Assembly: GCA_028534125.1 (NCBI GenBank)
Contig: CM052851.1
Span: 15,066,001-15,130,000 of the forward strand
DNA length: 64,000 nt
From: Lama glama
Taxonomy: Eukaryota
Direction of reading: 5' to 3'
The notes below the pieces were generated by a model. That model was not told where the DNA came from. It saw only the letters and a program-made list of their open reading frames with translations, and did no database searches. Positions 24,660 through 36,075 of this stretch are shown here, piece after piece (positions within the stretch are counted from its first letter, which is position 1; every line of letters begins with the position of its first letter). Both the position numbers and the translations under genes were made by a program.

Positions 24660-25110
24660 CAGTCACGATCGACTGGCTTACCCAATAGCCACTGCCAGCT
24701 CCCTTCTCTCTTGTGCCTCTGTCTCTAGAGTCTGAAAGCTGGATACATACTTTCTCAGCCTCCCTTGAGGCCAGGAATGCCCTTGTAACCCAGTCTCGGG
24801 GAGGCTTCTGGGGAGGGCTTGCTTTTCTGATAAAAGTCATGGCCATGGCTGGCATTGCCTTACTTCCTTTCTTCCGGGCTCAGCAGCACAGATGTTGTGC
24901 CTGTGCTAAGGCAGCCATCTTGTGGCCATGAGGTGAGTGGCATGATTTAGGAAGGCTGTCTTAATAAGGATGCTGAACAGATAGCCAGAACTAGGATCTC
25001 TGAGCTTCCAAACACGACTTCTGGTTAAGTCAATGACAAATATCCTTAGAATTTCAGCCCCGGTACGTCTGATTTTCTGTTCCTCTGTGCTGAGTGTCCC
25101 CTCCTCTGAC
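24660..25110 (+). mobile_element. MLT1 (MaLR) LTR relic
   Basis: actttctcagcctcccttg...ggcttctggggagggcttgcttttctgataaaag...gcagccatcttgtggccatgagg. Confidence 0.65.
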
Positions 25111-25554
25111 ACAGGATGAATGTTTTCATTGACAGTCTCCTCCCTGGGCCTCATTTGTGGATGAGGTGCCATAACTGTGCTAAGTGTTTTGCTCAGATAA
25201 TCTCACTGAATCATCGTTAACAATCCTGAGGATTAAATCTGCTAATGTCCTCAGTTTACAGAAGGTGAAACAGGCACAGAGAGGCATGCAGCTTGCCCAT
25301 GGCCACTCAGCAAGAAGGTGGTGGGGTAGACCTGAGATTTGAGCAGCGACTAAGCCCACCCGTACTGTCCTCTCCTCTAACGCTCTGCCATGTGACCACA
25401 AGGAACTGGAGGCCTGGGAGGCTGCCTGGCACCTATGGGCTTCTCTGCAACAACTGAGAGGCCTCTTGTCTACCTCTCACTCCCAGGCCAACCCTGGACC
25501 CCACTCTGAGCGGCTCATCCGCCCAGGTTGGGGTGAGGACGAGGGGGTGCTTAC

Positions 25555-25629
25555 CTTGCCCATGTTGAAGTAGAAGAGGACCCCAGCAGTCACCTGGATG
25601 ATGAGGATCAGGAGGAGGAAGACAAAGTA
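25555..25629 (-). CDS. CD82: CD82 coding exon 4 (YFVFLLLILIIQVTAGVLFYFNMGK), 75 nt, TM3
   Basis: Acceptor ctgtgtccccag, donor AAG|gtaagc. Confidence 0.97.
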
Positions 25630-25749
25630 CTGGGGACACAGAGCAGGCACAGAGTCAGCTGAGGCCCCCCGGCAAGTCCCCCTCACCTCGATGCCCCCAC
25701 CCGGGCTGGGTGCAGCGGGCTGCAGGGCAGTGGCGGAGGCCCTACTCAC

Positions 25750-25874
25750 CAGCCCCAGCAGGCAGCGGACCTCGTTGACAGCACCGATGCAGCCCAGGAA
25801 GCCCATGAGCATGGTGAAGGCCCCCACGCTGATGAAGATGTAGGCTCCCACCTTGAGCGAGGTGGAGGAGGTCT
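25750..25874 (-). CDS. CD82: CD82 coding exon 3 (QTSSTSLKVGAYIFISVGAFTMLMGFLGCIGAVNEVRCLLGL), 125 nt
   Basis: Acceptor cccccgcag, donor CTG|gtgagt. Contains the tetraspanin TM2 signature GFLGCIGA..E.RCLL. Confidence 0.97.
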
Positions 25875-26614
25875 CTGCGGGGGCGGGGAGGGGCAGGGGG
25901 GGAGAAGAACATTCGATTCAGCCTGGCTATGTCGCCCTTGTTAAGCACAAAAATAGGGGCAGAGCCCTAAGGTCCAGGACAGTTGCCAAGTCCCTGCCTT
26001 GGGGCTGGGGCGCTGGGGTCAGCCACCCAGCAAGGAATCTGCTCCCTCCCGCTTTGGAAGCTGCCTTCCCTAGGTGTGCACCCCACCCCCATCTATCCTA
26101 ACCCCCAGCCCTGCTTTAGTTTTTCTCCTTACCTCTTGCCAGGATTGAAAAGACTCTACATTTTACTGACTTATCTTACTCATTGTCTGCTGCCCCCACG
26201 AGCACGTGAGCAGCATGAACACAGGGACTCTGGTCCCTGCTGACCCCCCTGCCTTCAGAACAGCGTCTGGCACAGCAAAGTGCTGTATGAATATTGCCTG
26301 AATTAACACACCACAGACTGGCAGGTTCTGCTGGGGCCACAGACGCTGAGGGCCTGTCTTCCTCCTCGTCCATAAACAATGAACTCCAGGCTCTTCTCCC
26401 ACTCACGATGCCTCAGCGGCTTCACACATGCTGTCTCCACTCTGACAGAACGCTGCCCAGTAGGCACCAGTACGGCCATCTCACAGACGAGGAAACTGAG
26501 GCTCAGAGAGGCACACTAGCAAGGGCCAGAGTTGGGCTTTGGAAACAGGCAGACCCCTCAATGCCATGCTCTTTCCCCTGATGCACAGGGCATGTGAACT
26601 GATACAGGCATTAC

Positions 26615-27110
26615 ACACATACATTTGTTCAGCCGACGAAGATTTACTAGGTGTCCACTGTGTGCCAGCTGCTGTGCTGGTTGCTGGGGGTACAGAAGCC
26701 AGCCTGCCAAGGCCCCTGCATGAAGAAGCTACATTCAATGGGTTGAGGGTGGAGATCTGGTTGTGTGAAGGGCGACGAAGATATGGAAGCCAGCTAACGT
26801 CAAGAACACAGGCGGGAGTCGGGGGTGGGGGTGTCGAGGTGGCTGGGGAAGGCAGGTCTGAGTAGGTGGATATTTTTGCTCAGATAAGAATGGAGTCAGC
26901 CAAGTGGAGATCTGAGGAACAGCATTCTAGGCAGTGGGAACAGCAGGTGCAAAGGCCTGAGGAAGGAGTAAGCTTGGTGTATTTGAAGAAGGGAAAGAAG
27001 GAGAGGAAGAAGGGAAAGAAGGAGAGAAAGAAAGGACTAGTGGGAATGAGAGAGGAGTCTGACAAGCAGTACACTTGAGACACAGAGAGAGAGCGGGGCC
27101 TAATGGCCAG
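26615..27110 (-). mobile_element. L2 relic containing a perfect 21-bp purine duplication (26985-27026)
   Basis: gcattctaggcagtgggaacagcaggtgcaaaggcctgagg L2 motif; gaagaagggaaagaaggagag occurs twice in tandem. Confidence 0.7.
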
Positions 27111-28599
27111 AGACCCTCTTCAGGGCCGCCAGTGGACAGAGCCCACCCAGGGGGCTGGAGGTCAGAAGTCTCATCAGGGCACTTGATTAGCATTTCCCAG
27201 GATTCCCAAGATAACACACGGTAAGGCTCACATCTGCCTCCAGCTCTTGGGTGTGGGGTGCATGGGGTATGCTCCACCCCGGGGCTGTGACCCACCAGGA
27301 GGGCCAGGGTGGATGTGCTCACTCCCCTGACAGCCCTGGCTCTCTGGAGAGGTTGGCAAGGCACTCTTAGGGAGGCAGCTGGGCAGGATGTTACTAGAAA
27401 GCTGCAGAGCATCCTAGGAGCCTCAGTGGATCAGAAGAACCTCTTAGGGAGGCAGACTCCTGAGTCTATCATAGCCAGGCAGATTTTCCAGGAGACGATC
27501 TGGAACCTGCATTTTTAATGTGCTTCCCTGATGACTCGGATACAGCCAGGGCTGCCACAGTTGTTAAGCTAGGTGACCATGACCCTGGGGAGCTGAGATC
27601 CCCACCTGAGACACTAAGTGGGCGTTAGCACCCTTAAGGAACAGCGACAAAGCTGGAGCATGGGTGGGCAGAAGGATGTGATCCAGCTCCACTTCCTGGG
27701 CACAGACAGAATGTTCTGGAGCTCAGGAAAAGCCCAGGCCAGCCCACCTCACTTTCAGGCACCCCCACCCAGCTCCTCATAGGAGCCCCCAGGAATGTGG
27801 GCAGAGCCCTGCGGGGGTGAGTGAGGTGCCTTCCTCTTCATTCCAGGCCCTCACCACCCTGGCTCTCCGCCATCCACGAGAGCAGGGGAAAGCTGTTAAA
27901 TTTTACTTTTCCTAAACTTCCTGGGTTTGGGTTCCGCAAGTCCCCGCAGTGAGGGCTCCCCCTCCAAAAAAGCAACTGGCACTGCCTGGAATTCCACTGT
28001 GCGCCAGCCCTGAAAAAGGCCCTTTATCCAAATCATCCTGCTGAATTCCACAACAGCCCGATGACAGTAGGTCTACACCCTGATCTGTCCCTAAGGGCCT
28101 GGAGGCCCAGAGCAGCTAAGATGCTGCCAAGGTGCCGAAGGGGCAACACCTGGGGCTGAGACCCCGACTCGGGTCCTTCTCCTGGGGGCCCAGCCGAGTT
28201 GCAGGGTCTCTGTTTCTCAGAACACTTCACTGATACCAGTCCCTGTCCTTGTCCAGGGTCTCAGGCTGGCCCTGATTTGAGCAGCTTGACTTAGAAAGGG
28301 ACAAGCTTGTAGCCTGGGGAGGCCAACACACTGTGCACCAACCAACATCTTCTTGGCCTTATTGGGCCTAGGAGGTACCAACAAGGTGGGGAGAAAGTGG
28401 CCCAAACTGAAAGAGCCCAAGGACCACGAGAAGTGAGAACTAGTCCCAGCTCTGCTGCTAATAGGCTCTGACCCCGGACCAGCCATTTTCTAGGCCTCTG
28501 TTTCTTTCTTTATAAAAAGAAATTGATAATTCCTACTTCTTAAAGATGTTCTAAAGATTAAATAGTGCTATAAACTTACTTAACAATCACTTGTGTAAG

Positions 28600-28820
28600 G
28601 TGTACAATTTATTAGAAGCTGTTCTAAATGCTTTTCAGACATTAACTCATCTACTTTCTCACAACAGCCTTATGATGTTCAGCCTATCCTTATCTCCATT
28701 TTACAGATGAGGAGGCACAGAGAGGTGAAGTAACTTGCCCAGGATCACACAGCCAGTCGATAGCAGAGCCAGGACTGGAACCGTGGCAGCCTGGCTCCAC
28801 GGTCTGTGTTCTTAACCATC
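28600..28820 (-). mobile_element. MIR SINE
   Basis: ccattttacagatgaggaggcacagagaggtgaagtaacttgcccaggatcacacagc. Confidence 0.8.
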
Positions 28821-30771
28821 GTGCTTGCTTCTGCTTATTACGATGCAAATGCATGGTATGCCTCACAGGGTAGGGGCTCAGGAGACATGCCACCCGGTTC
28901 GTGTCCCTGCTCCCCTACCCTCCAGCTGTGTGCCCTGAGACGATTTACTTCCCCTCCCTTCAATTTCCTCCATTGTAAAATGGAGTTGATAATGCCTGGC
29001 CCCACGGACTCACAGTGAGCATTCAGCTAGGTAAGAAAAGAGGCATGTCATGCAGGCCTGGCACATAGTAGGCCCTGGGTTCCTGGTTCTGAACTTCACT
29101 TGGTGTGTGACTCTTAGCAAATCTTTTCCCTCCATCTCTGAGCCCCAGTTTACCCAAGGGTATAGTGACCCAGCTGGCAGACTGGTGTTTCTGAACTCTG
29201 GCTGCCTGGGGAACCCCCTGGGAAGCTTTTTAAAAATCTCAGTGCACCGGCCTCCACCCACACCAATGAAGTCAGATCCCCTGGGGTGAGGCCCAGGCCT
29301 TGGTATTTATAAAAACACTCGGGTGCATCCAGGGGGCCTCTAAAGTCTGGCCAGCTCAAGATTCTCAACCCTGAACAGGGAGGAGGCGAGAGGAGCAGAG
29401 GGCAGAAATGCGGTGGGTGGGCTGGGCCTTGAGACTTTGCCCAGAGGCGCGGTGCCTGCTGGGTGTGGGCCACAGCCCAGGAAGTGGGAGCCCGGGCCAA
29501 GCAGAGCCAAGGAGGGTATGTCCCATGTAGGGAGGGTGGGCGCCCAGCTGAGGTCGGAAACCCAAACCTTAGCCCCAGAATGGGGAGCAGTCTGCACCCT
29601 GACAGCCCCAGACCACATCGGATGTGGCTGGAGGCTGGATCATCCTGGCTTCCCTGCACATCTGAGGGGAGGCCTAGCCCCTGGGGCCCCGGTGACAGGT
29701 GTAGCCCCTTCATCACTCATACTAGCCTGGTTCCGTTTCATTCAAATCAAGCAGCTGTCATGGGCCTGAGTCCAAACCCGCTGCTTTGGGCAGCTGCTGG
29801 GAGGGGAAGTGAGCCAAGGACGCGCTCACTGAGGGGAGTGGCATTACTGTGCTACTTGGGGCCCCCTGCTCTGCTCTGCCTCCCTCCCACCTCAGGACTT
29901 CCACGAGAGGCTAGTGCAGCCAGCCGGCAGGCTTCCTGGAGGAGACAGTGAGTAAACCGGAAAGGCTTTAATCATCCTGGCAGGAGAGCCGTGGGTTTCT
30001 TCCCTCCAGCTTCAACGGTGAGACAAGAGGCTTCCATGCTGTGGTTCCCCCCTCTCCCCGCCCTCCACTATGTGCAGCATTTAGGACAAAGGTTCTGGGG
30101 GCTCAAGACCCACACCTATCACTCAGAGGCTTTGTGAACTTAAGCAAGGGACGTCACTTCTCTGAGCCTCATTTCTTCATTTGTAAGGCAGGAAGTTCCT
30201 ACTGCACAGAGCTGTTGTGGGATTAAGACAATTTATCTATGCAAAATGCTTGGCCCCATGTCTGGCACATCAGGAGCACAAACAACAGAACAGACGCTGG
30301 GCCTGGTGCCTCCTCAACTGTGCACTGGCCTGAACTACCTGGCCGGTGCCTGGCACATAGTAGGAGCTTCATGGATACCTGGTAATCTACCGTTCCTGGC
30401 CCTCTCTGAACTGGGGAAGGGAGGGACTGTTGGCCACGTTTTGCTGAGCAAGCAAATAGAGGAACCGAGGATGTAAGAGGCTTTCTCAAGGTCAGGGCAG
30501 AGGGAAGGGGCCAGGATGGCGAACAAGACTCCCGCATCCCCCAGTGCTCTCCAGACAACAGCAGCTTTGTCTGGGGAGGGAGAGAAAATTCCTTCTGGAA
30601 ACCCCTGCAGAGAGGCCCTTCGGGAGGTGGTCAGCAGCAGGACCTGGGCAAGGCCCTGAGGGCTGCTGGAAAAGGGACCAGAACTGGGGCTCAAGTTCTT
30701 GTGGGAGCAGCCCTGCCTGCTGGGCCCCACTCGAGAGGCGGCTGGGGCAGGGGGAGCAGAGGGGTCCTTAC

Positions 30772-30844
30772 GCAGGACGGAGATGAAACTGCTCCTGTCA
30801 GCCAGGATCCACACCCCGAAGCCCAGGATCACAGCACCCAGGAC
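30772..30844 (-). CDS. CD82: CD82 coding exon 2 (VLGAVILGFGVWILADRSSFISVL), 73 nt
   Basis: Acceptor cttttccttctag, donor C|gtaagg. Encodes the end of TM1 and EC1; phase fits both neighbours. Confidence 0.97.
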
Positions 30845-31356
30845 CTAGAAGGAAAAGGTGGCTGTTACTTGGGGGGCTGGAGAGCAGGTGGGGTGAGAGG
30901 GCCCCAACCAGCTGCCCCTGCCACCCAGGCATGGGGACACAGGGGAGCCACCTCCATCCTTGCCCAGCCCAGGGATGTCAGGATGGCCTCAGGCCCCAAA
31001 CTCTAAGTCCTGGCCAACCCCAGCAATCCAGACAGCAGGGCCATGAGTGGGGAGTCCCTCCTGCCTCCCGTCTCCCCTACCCTAGGCCCATGTGTGGTCA
31101 AACTGAGCCTACAGGCTCTGGGATATAGCCTCCTGCCAGGGGCACCCTTCTACTATCTTCCTGCCCTTCCCCAACTTGGGGGCTGGAGCTTCCTAGAGAA
31201 GCCAGGCTCGGGGTGGGAAAACCCTCAGTGGACTTATCATCAAAGCCTAACCCAACCATCCTTCATATCTTGGGTCCAAGGCCAGGAGAGGGGACCTTCC
31301 TGACCCTCAGGCAGACCAAGGGGCCCCTACTGCATAGCCTGTGCTGTCAGACCTCC

Positions 31357-31568
31357 TTTTTTAAAAAATATTTTTTAAAAGTTATTTATGCATTTATTTT
31401 ACAATANNNNNNNNNNNNNNNNNNNNNNNNNNNNNNNNNNNNNNNNNNNNNNNNNNNNNNNNNNNNNNNNNNNNNNNNNNNNNNNNNNNNNNNNNNNNNN
31501 NNNNNNTTTTTTTTTTTTTTTTTAGATTCCACATGTAAGTGATATCTTACAGTATTTGTCTTTCTCTG
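31357..31568 (-). mobile_element. 5'-truncated L1 3' end spanning a 100-N gap (31407-31506)
   Basis: T-rich start; after the gap, ttttagattccacatgtaagtgatatc...tatttgtctttctctg (L1 3'UTR, reverse). Approximate TSD tgtcagacctc / tgtcagactct. Confidence 0.7.
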
Positions 31569-32208
31569 TGTCAGACTCTTCTTAAGAGCCTTTCACACTG
31601 GGTTTAACTCGGCCACGTGTCTCTCTGCCTAGACTGCAAGCTCCCCGAGGGCAGGGCTGGGTTGCATGCAGCACTGTGCACCTGGGCACTTACAGTCCCA
31701 GGTGCTGCGGACGCAGGCAGTGAGCGAGTTCATGAATCAAACTGTGTAAATGCAAGACTGGAAAAGAAAACAAATGGGAAACAGCTGACATAGGGATTCC
31801 CTGCCTCCCTTCCCTCAACCAGGGCGGGTCCACAACCTGAGCCCACCTCCCAGGTGGAAATCTAGCCAAGAGCCACCATCCCATCAAGCCAGCTAAGGCT
31901 GAGGAGGGGCCTGCAGTCCGGGCAGAAGCACAGATTCCCCTGAGGGGCCTGGGGTGTAGGGGTCTGCATCACCCCACAAGACTGGCCTTTCCCTGGGGCC
32001 TGGCTTAGACCCATCTGGGGACAAACCCACCTTCAGGGTCCCAGCCTGTCACTACCCACGTTTACTACCAGCCCGGGGTTCCTGCCTCAGCCATCATCCA
32101 TCCCATAACCTCAGGTGCAAGGTCAGTAAGTACTGATAAAGCCCTCAGCCTGGGGTGAGCCCCCCGGGCCCAGAGTCTTGCTCAGCCTGGTCTGCAGTTA
32201 TTAAAGAC

Positions 32209-32420
32209 CAGAACTGGGCCCCTGGGTAAGGTGAATGTGGCATTTGACTCAGGTGGAAAAATGAAGGGGACACCAAAAAACTCAGTAACCAAAATAAATC
32301 AAAGTTTACAGCAATTATTTTTAAGAAACCCAAATTAATTGGGAAAAGAATCCATGGTGAACAAAATATCAAACCTTTAAATAAAGACAGGCTTGGTATT
32401 ACTGATTTTCCCTTCTGAAA
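32209..32420 (+). mobile_element. hAT DNA transposon relic (MER96B-like)
   Basis: AT-rich island caccaaaaaactcagtaa...aatccatggtgaacaaaatatcaaa...aaataaagacagg; family name from memory. Confidence 0.5.
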
Positions 32421-34058
32421 AGGATCAGGGCCCCAGTGTGATGCCGTGTGGGGCTGTTTCTGATCTCACTCGCCTTACCCTGGCCCTGCTTAAAGACAAC
32501 AGCAGCCAAGAACCAGGAAGATGAAGGCACAGTGATCTCCCCACATTTGTCCCCCACTGTCTCCCAGGAGCTCACCTGTCCTCACCTCTCTTCTTCTCAG
32601 ATGGGCCCTGTTACTGTCCTCATTTTACAGATGGAGAAACTGAGGTCCTAACCTGGCCCAAGGTCACCCAATTCACCTGTCAGGGGCTCAAAGTCAAGTC
32701 TGACTACTTAATCAGGCCAGATGGTGACACATCAGCATCAGGGGTACCTGGGGTCCCTCCCTGGTCTGAGCCTAGAAAGCCAGTCCCTGGGGACAGGAAA
32801 GCTACTGAGACCCTGGGAAGGGGAAGGGTCCACCCGTAAGTGGGGGCACCTCAGACCACGCAGCCTGCTGGGAGAAAGGTGGGCCTTACAGGACCTACCA
32901 TTGGTTCCCAAAGACTCCTGAACCCCTGCCCACCCCAACCTCACACCTCACAAAACAGCTGGCCCATGGTCTGCTCCTGCCACCTCAGACCCATGTGGAG
33001 GAGCCCCTGTCTGCACACCTCCTGCACCAACAGGGCAGGACTGCAGGGAGAACCACACTCCTAAACAGAGAAGGGGAGGCAGGGCAGAAAATTCCCTCTG
33101 GGCAAATATAATCCCAAATAGAGCAAAATCCCAGGCTGCCCAGCTGAGCCCCTCAGCTGGCCTCCAGGAACCCAGGGAGGAAAGTCCCTGGTGCTGCCTG
33201 TTTGGCTCTGTGATCTGATGACACAGCCTGGCCGCCAGGTGTGGCTGCGCCAGCTGTCAGGCCATGGGACAGCCAGGAACGAGGCCAGGTCAGGGGCCAG
33301 CCAGAACGGGGGAGGCACCATGACACCCCCTTTCTCTGTGAACTGGACCAGGGCTGTGGTGCACATCCCATATTAACACTCCTCCCCAGACCCACGAGAA
33401 TCTCCTGACAGGGCTCAGCCAGGAGCCAGGAGCCTCATAGCCAGCGTCCTGCCCCAAGAACGGCCTCAGGGTTTCTTGGGATCTGACAAAAGCTGATGGG
33501 GCAATTTTCCCGGGGAGTTTGGGGTCAGGAGGGAGTGGAGGCAAGGATGTACACGTGTACCCGCCTGCATGTGTGAGCACACACAGCAGCCCAGTGGCTC
33601 TGCCAAACCACAAGTCCAATCACGTAAGTGCTTCCCTGTGCATGAAACAAAGACCCAGTCCTTCCTGGAAGGCCTGCATGGCCCATGCCCTGGGGAGGCG
33701 CGCTCTGCCCCTCTCCCCCTAGGCTGGACTTCCACTCTGCTGCCCGGACCCCGCTCTCCCAGCCACAACTCCAGGGAGTGCTTGCTGACTGCCCTGACAA
33801 AGCCAAGTGTCTTATTATCTGCTCTCTTAGGGACCATGTCCTTCATTCCAGCACCTAACACAGCTGCAATTTTAACTTCCTTTTGAGTCCTGGATCAAAG
33901 CCCACCACTCCCCAGAACGTCAGCCCCACCAAGAGTGCAGAAGCCGTGGCCCTTCTGCCAGTGACTGTCTACCTGGCATCCAGGACGGGGTCTGAATACA
34001 CAGAGGTTTCAAATCCACGTTTGGTAAATTAGTGATGAGTGGATGAGTGAATGAACAA

Positions 34059-34080
34059 ACACACACACACACACACACAC
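34059..34080. repeat. (AC)11 microsatellite
   Basis: Seen directly. Confidence 0.95.
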
Positions 34081-34959
34081 AGAGTCTCCTCTAACTCTCT
34101 CCTTCCCCTGTCACTCTCCTGTGATAAAAGCTCCCCCTCTCCCCAAGTACAGCAGCCTCCCATTCTGATGAGCTACTCTGGCCCCAGGACACAGGGAGTG
34201 AACACTTCCTTCTGCCAGCCCCCTGGAGTGGCTGGGAGGAGGCCAAGCAAGACTGGCCCCCGGCGCTCTGGCCAGAGGGAAGCTCTTCCAGGCTCCGGCT
34301 CTATAGGGCAGCCTGGGAGCAGGACAGGAAGGAACACCTTGGCCAAAACCATCAACCTCACTCCCTTTCTCTACCAAGTCTCTACCCCATCCCACCCACT
34401 GCATGAACGAAGAGGGGGTGTTTGTGCCCCTGAACCCCAAGTCCCACCACCTCCTAGGCTGTAGCCCAGACTCCTCCTTCCAGTTCCTAGAGCCCACGGG
34501 ATAAAACCATGGGGCTCCCACATCCCCCACCCCATCCTGACCAGCTGGCCTTTTTTAAAAGCTGGGCCCCAGCCCGGGGAGCCAAGCGCCTGCCAGGGAA
34601 GGCTTGGCTCTGCTATGTGGGCAGCCGCTTTCCAGAGGCCTGGCCCAGCCAGGAGGGACCTGAACTCCAAGCAGGGAAACCCAGATACCCAGGCCCGGCT
34701 GCCATCAGTGGAGGCCCAGAGCGGCAGGGGGGCTTCAGCATGGTCCTTGAGGACGGAGCTGGGGCTGGAGCCAGGGTGGCCAAACAGCAGGGCAGGGCTG
34801 TCCCTGTACATGTGTGCCTGCACGTGTGTGCACATGAATGTGCCAGAAACACACTTGGAAGTATCTGTGTGTTGGATTAAAGTTATGAGATTGAGTCTTG
34901 GAATTTAGAATGAGTCTTTATTTCCAAACTCTATAATCCTATGTAACTTGTAATGTAAA

Positions 34960-35170
34960 ACCATTTCTTTCCCATAAGCAATTCATGTCTCCTGTAGAAA
35001 ATTTCAAAACTGCAGAGAAGCAAAAAGAATAAAACCCAAATTCCCAGGAATCCCAATATTAACATTTGAAGGTATTTTCTTCTCCTCTCAAAAATATTCA
35101 TGTATGTGTACAGTTTAAAAATGGAATCATAAGAAATATCCTATTATAAAATATGATTTTTTAGTAGTAT
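34960..35170 (-). mobile_element. Old L1 (L1ME-type) 3' fragment
   Basis: AT-rich tgtagaaaatttcaaaactgcagagaagcaaaaagaa...ttaacattt...aaatggaatcata. Confidence 0.55.
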
Positions 35171-36012
35171 AGGGTGACCCAACACCATGAGAGGCCAAGG
35201 CCCCCAGCACCAATCTGGGGCTTTGAGAATCTCTCCCACCACCTACACCCTCACCCCCATCACACACATACACACAGTCACACTCTCACAAATGCATACT
35301 CATGCATAATCACATACACACTCACACATCACCATCATCATCATCCTGGCAACTCCAAGGCAGGAGTCCGTCTGTGCCAGACCAGAGAGGAAAATTGAGG
35401 CCCCAGGAAAACCAGTTCCAGATGTGCACAGAGCTGACATCTGGGTGGCCCTGTGGCTCGTGACCTGCGGAGACCTGCCAGGGTGGGTCTGGGGAAGGGC
35501 GACTGTGTCCTCACCCTGGCCCAGAGCCCAGCCTCCTCTTGCCTACCCTTGGGAGCTCGGGGACATCCCTACAATGTGGATGGGGGTGTGGCGGGGGTAG
35601 TTGAGACCTAGAGCTGTAACAGGCAAGTCTTCAGAGTGGGTAGAGGAGGGTGGGGTGTCAGGACAGGATGAGAAAGATTCCAGAGGCTCCCCACAACAAC
35701 TCCCTGCTGGCCAGCTGGGGGACACCTGGGGCTGTCCTCTCCCCATGCCCACCTCCAGCCCTGACAGCCCGGTGGCCTCAGCACTCCAGGAGACAGGGAG
35801 CCTGGGCGAGGAGTCCAGTGTACCGCCGCCAAGCCACTGGGAACCCTGGGAATCTCCCCACTGCCCCCACCTGGTTCCATTTTGAACAGTGCATCCTCAG
35901 CCCCACCAGCCACATCCCACCACCATCCCTAGGCCTGGAGGGTCTCAGGCTGGGATGGCCCAGGAAAGAGAGTCTCTGTTGGAGGCAGCTGGGTGGCCAA
36001 GGTCATACTTAC

Positions 36013-36075
36013 AAAGAAGAGCAAGTTGAAGAGGAAGAGAAAGTATTTGGTGACTTTGATACAGGCTGACCCCAT
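36013..36075 (-). CDS. CD82: CD82 coding exon 1 (MGSACIKVTKYFLFLFNLLFF); the exon extends to 36095 with 20 nt of 5'UTR
   Basis: Acceptor ctgtcttctctccag (AG at 36097-36096), strong Kozak context ggcaggATGG, donor TTT|gtaagt (36012-36011). Confidence 0.97.
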
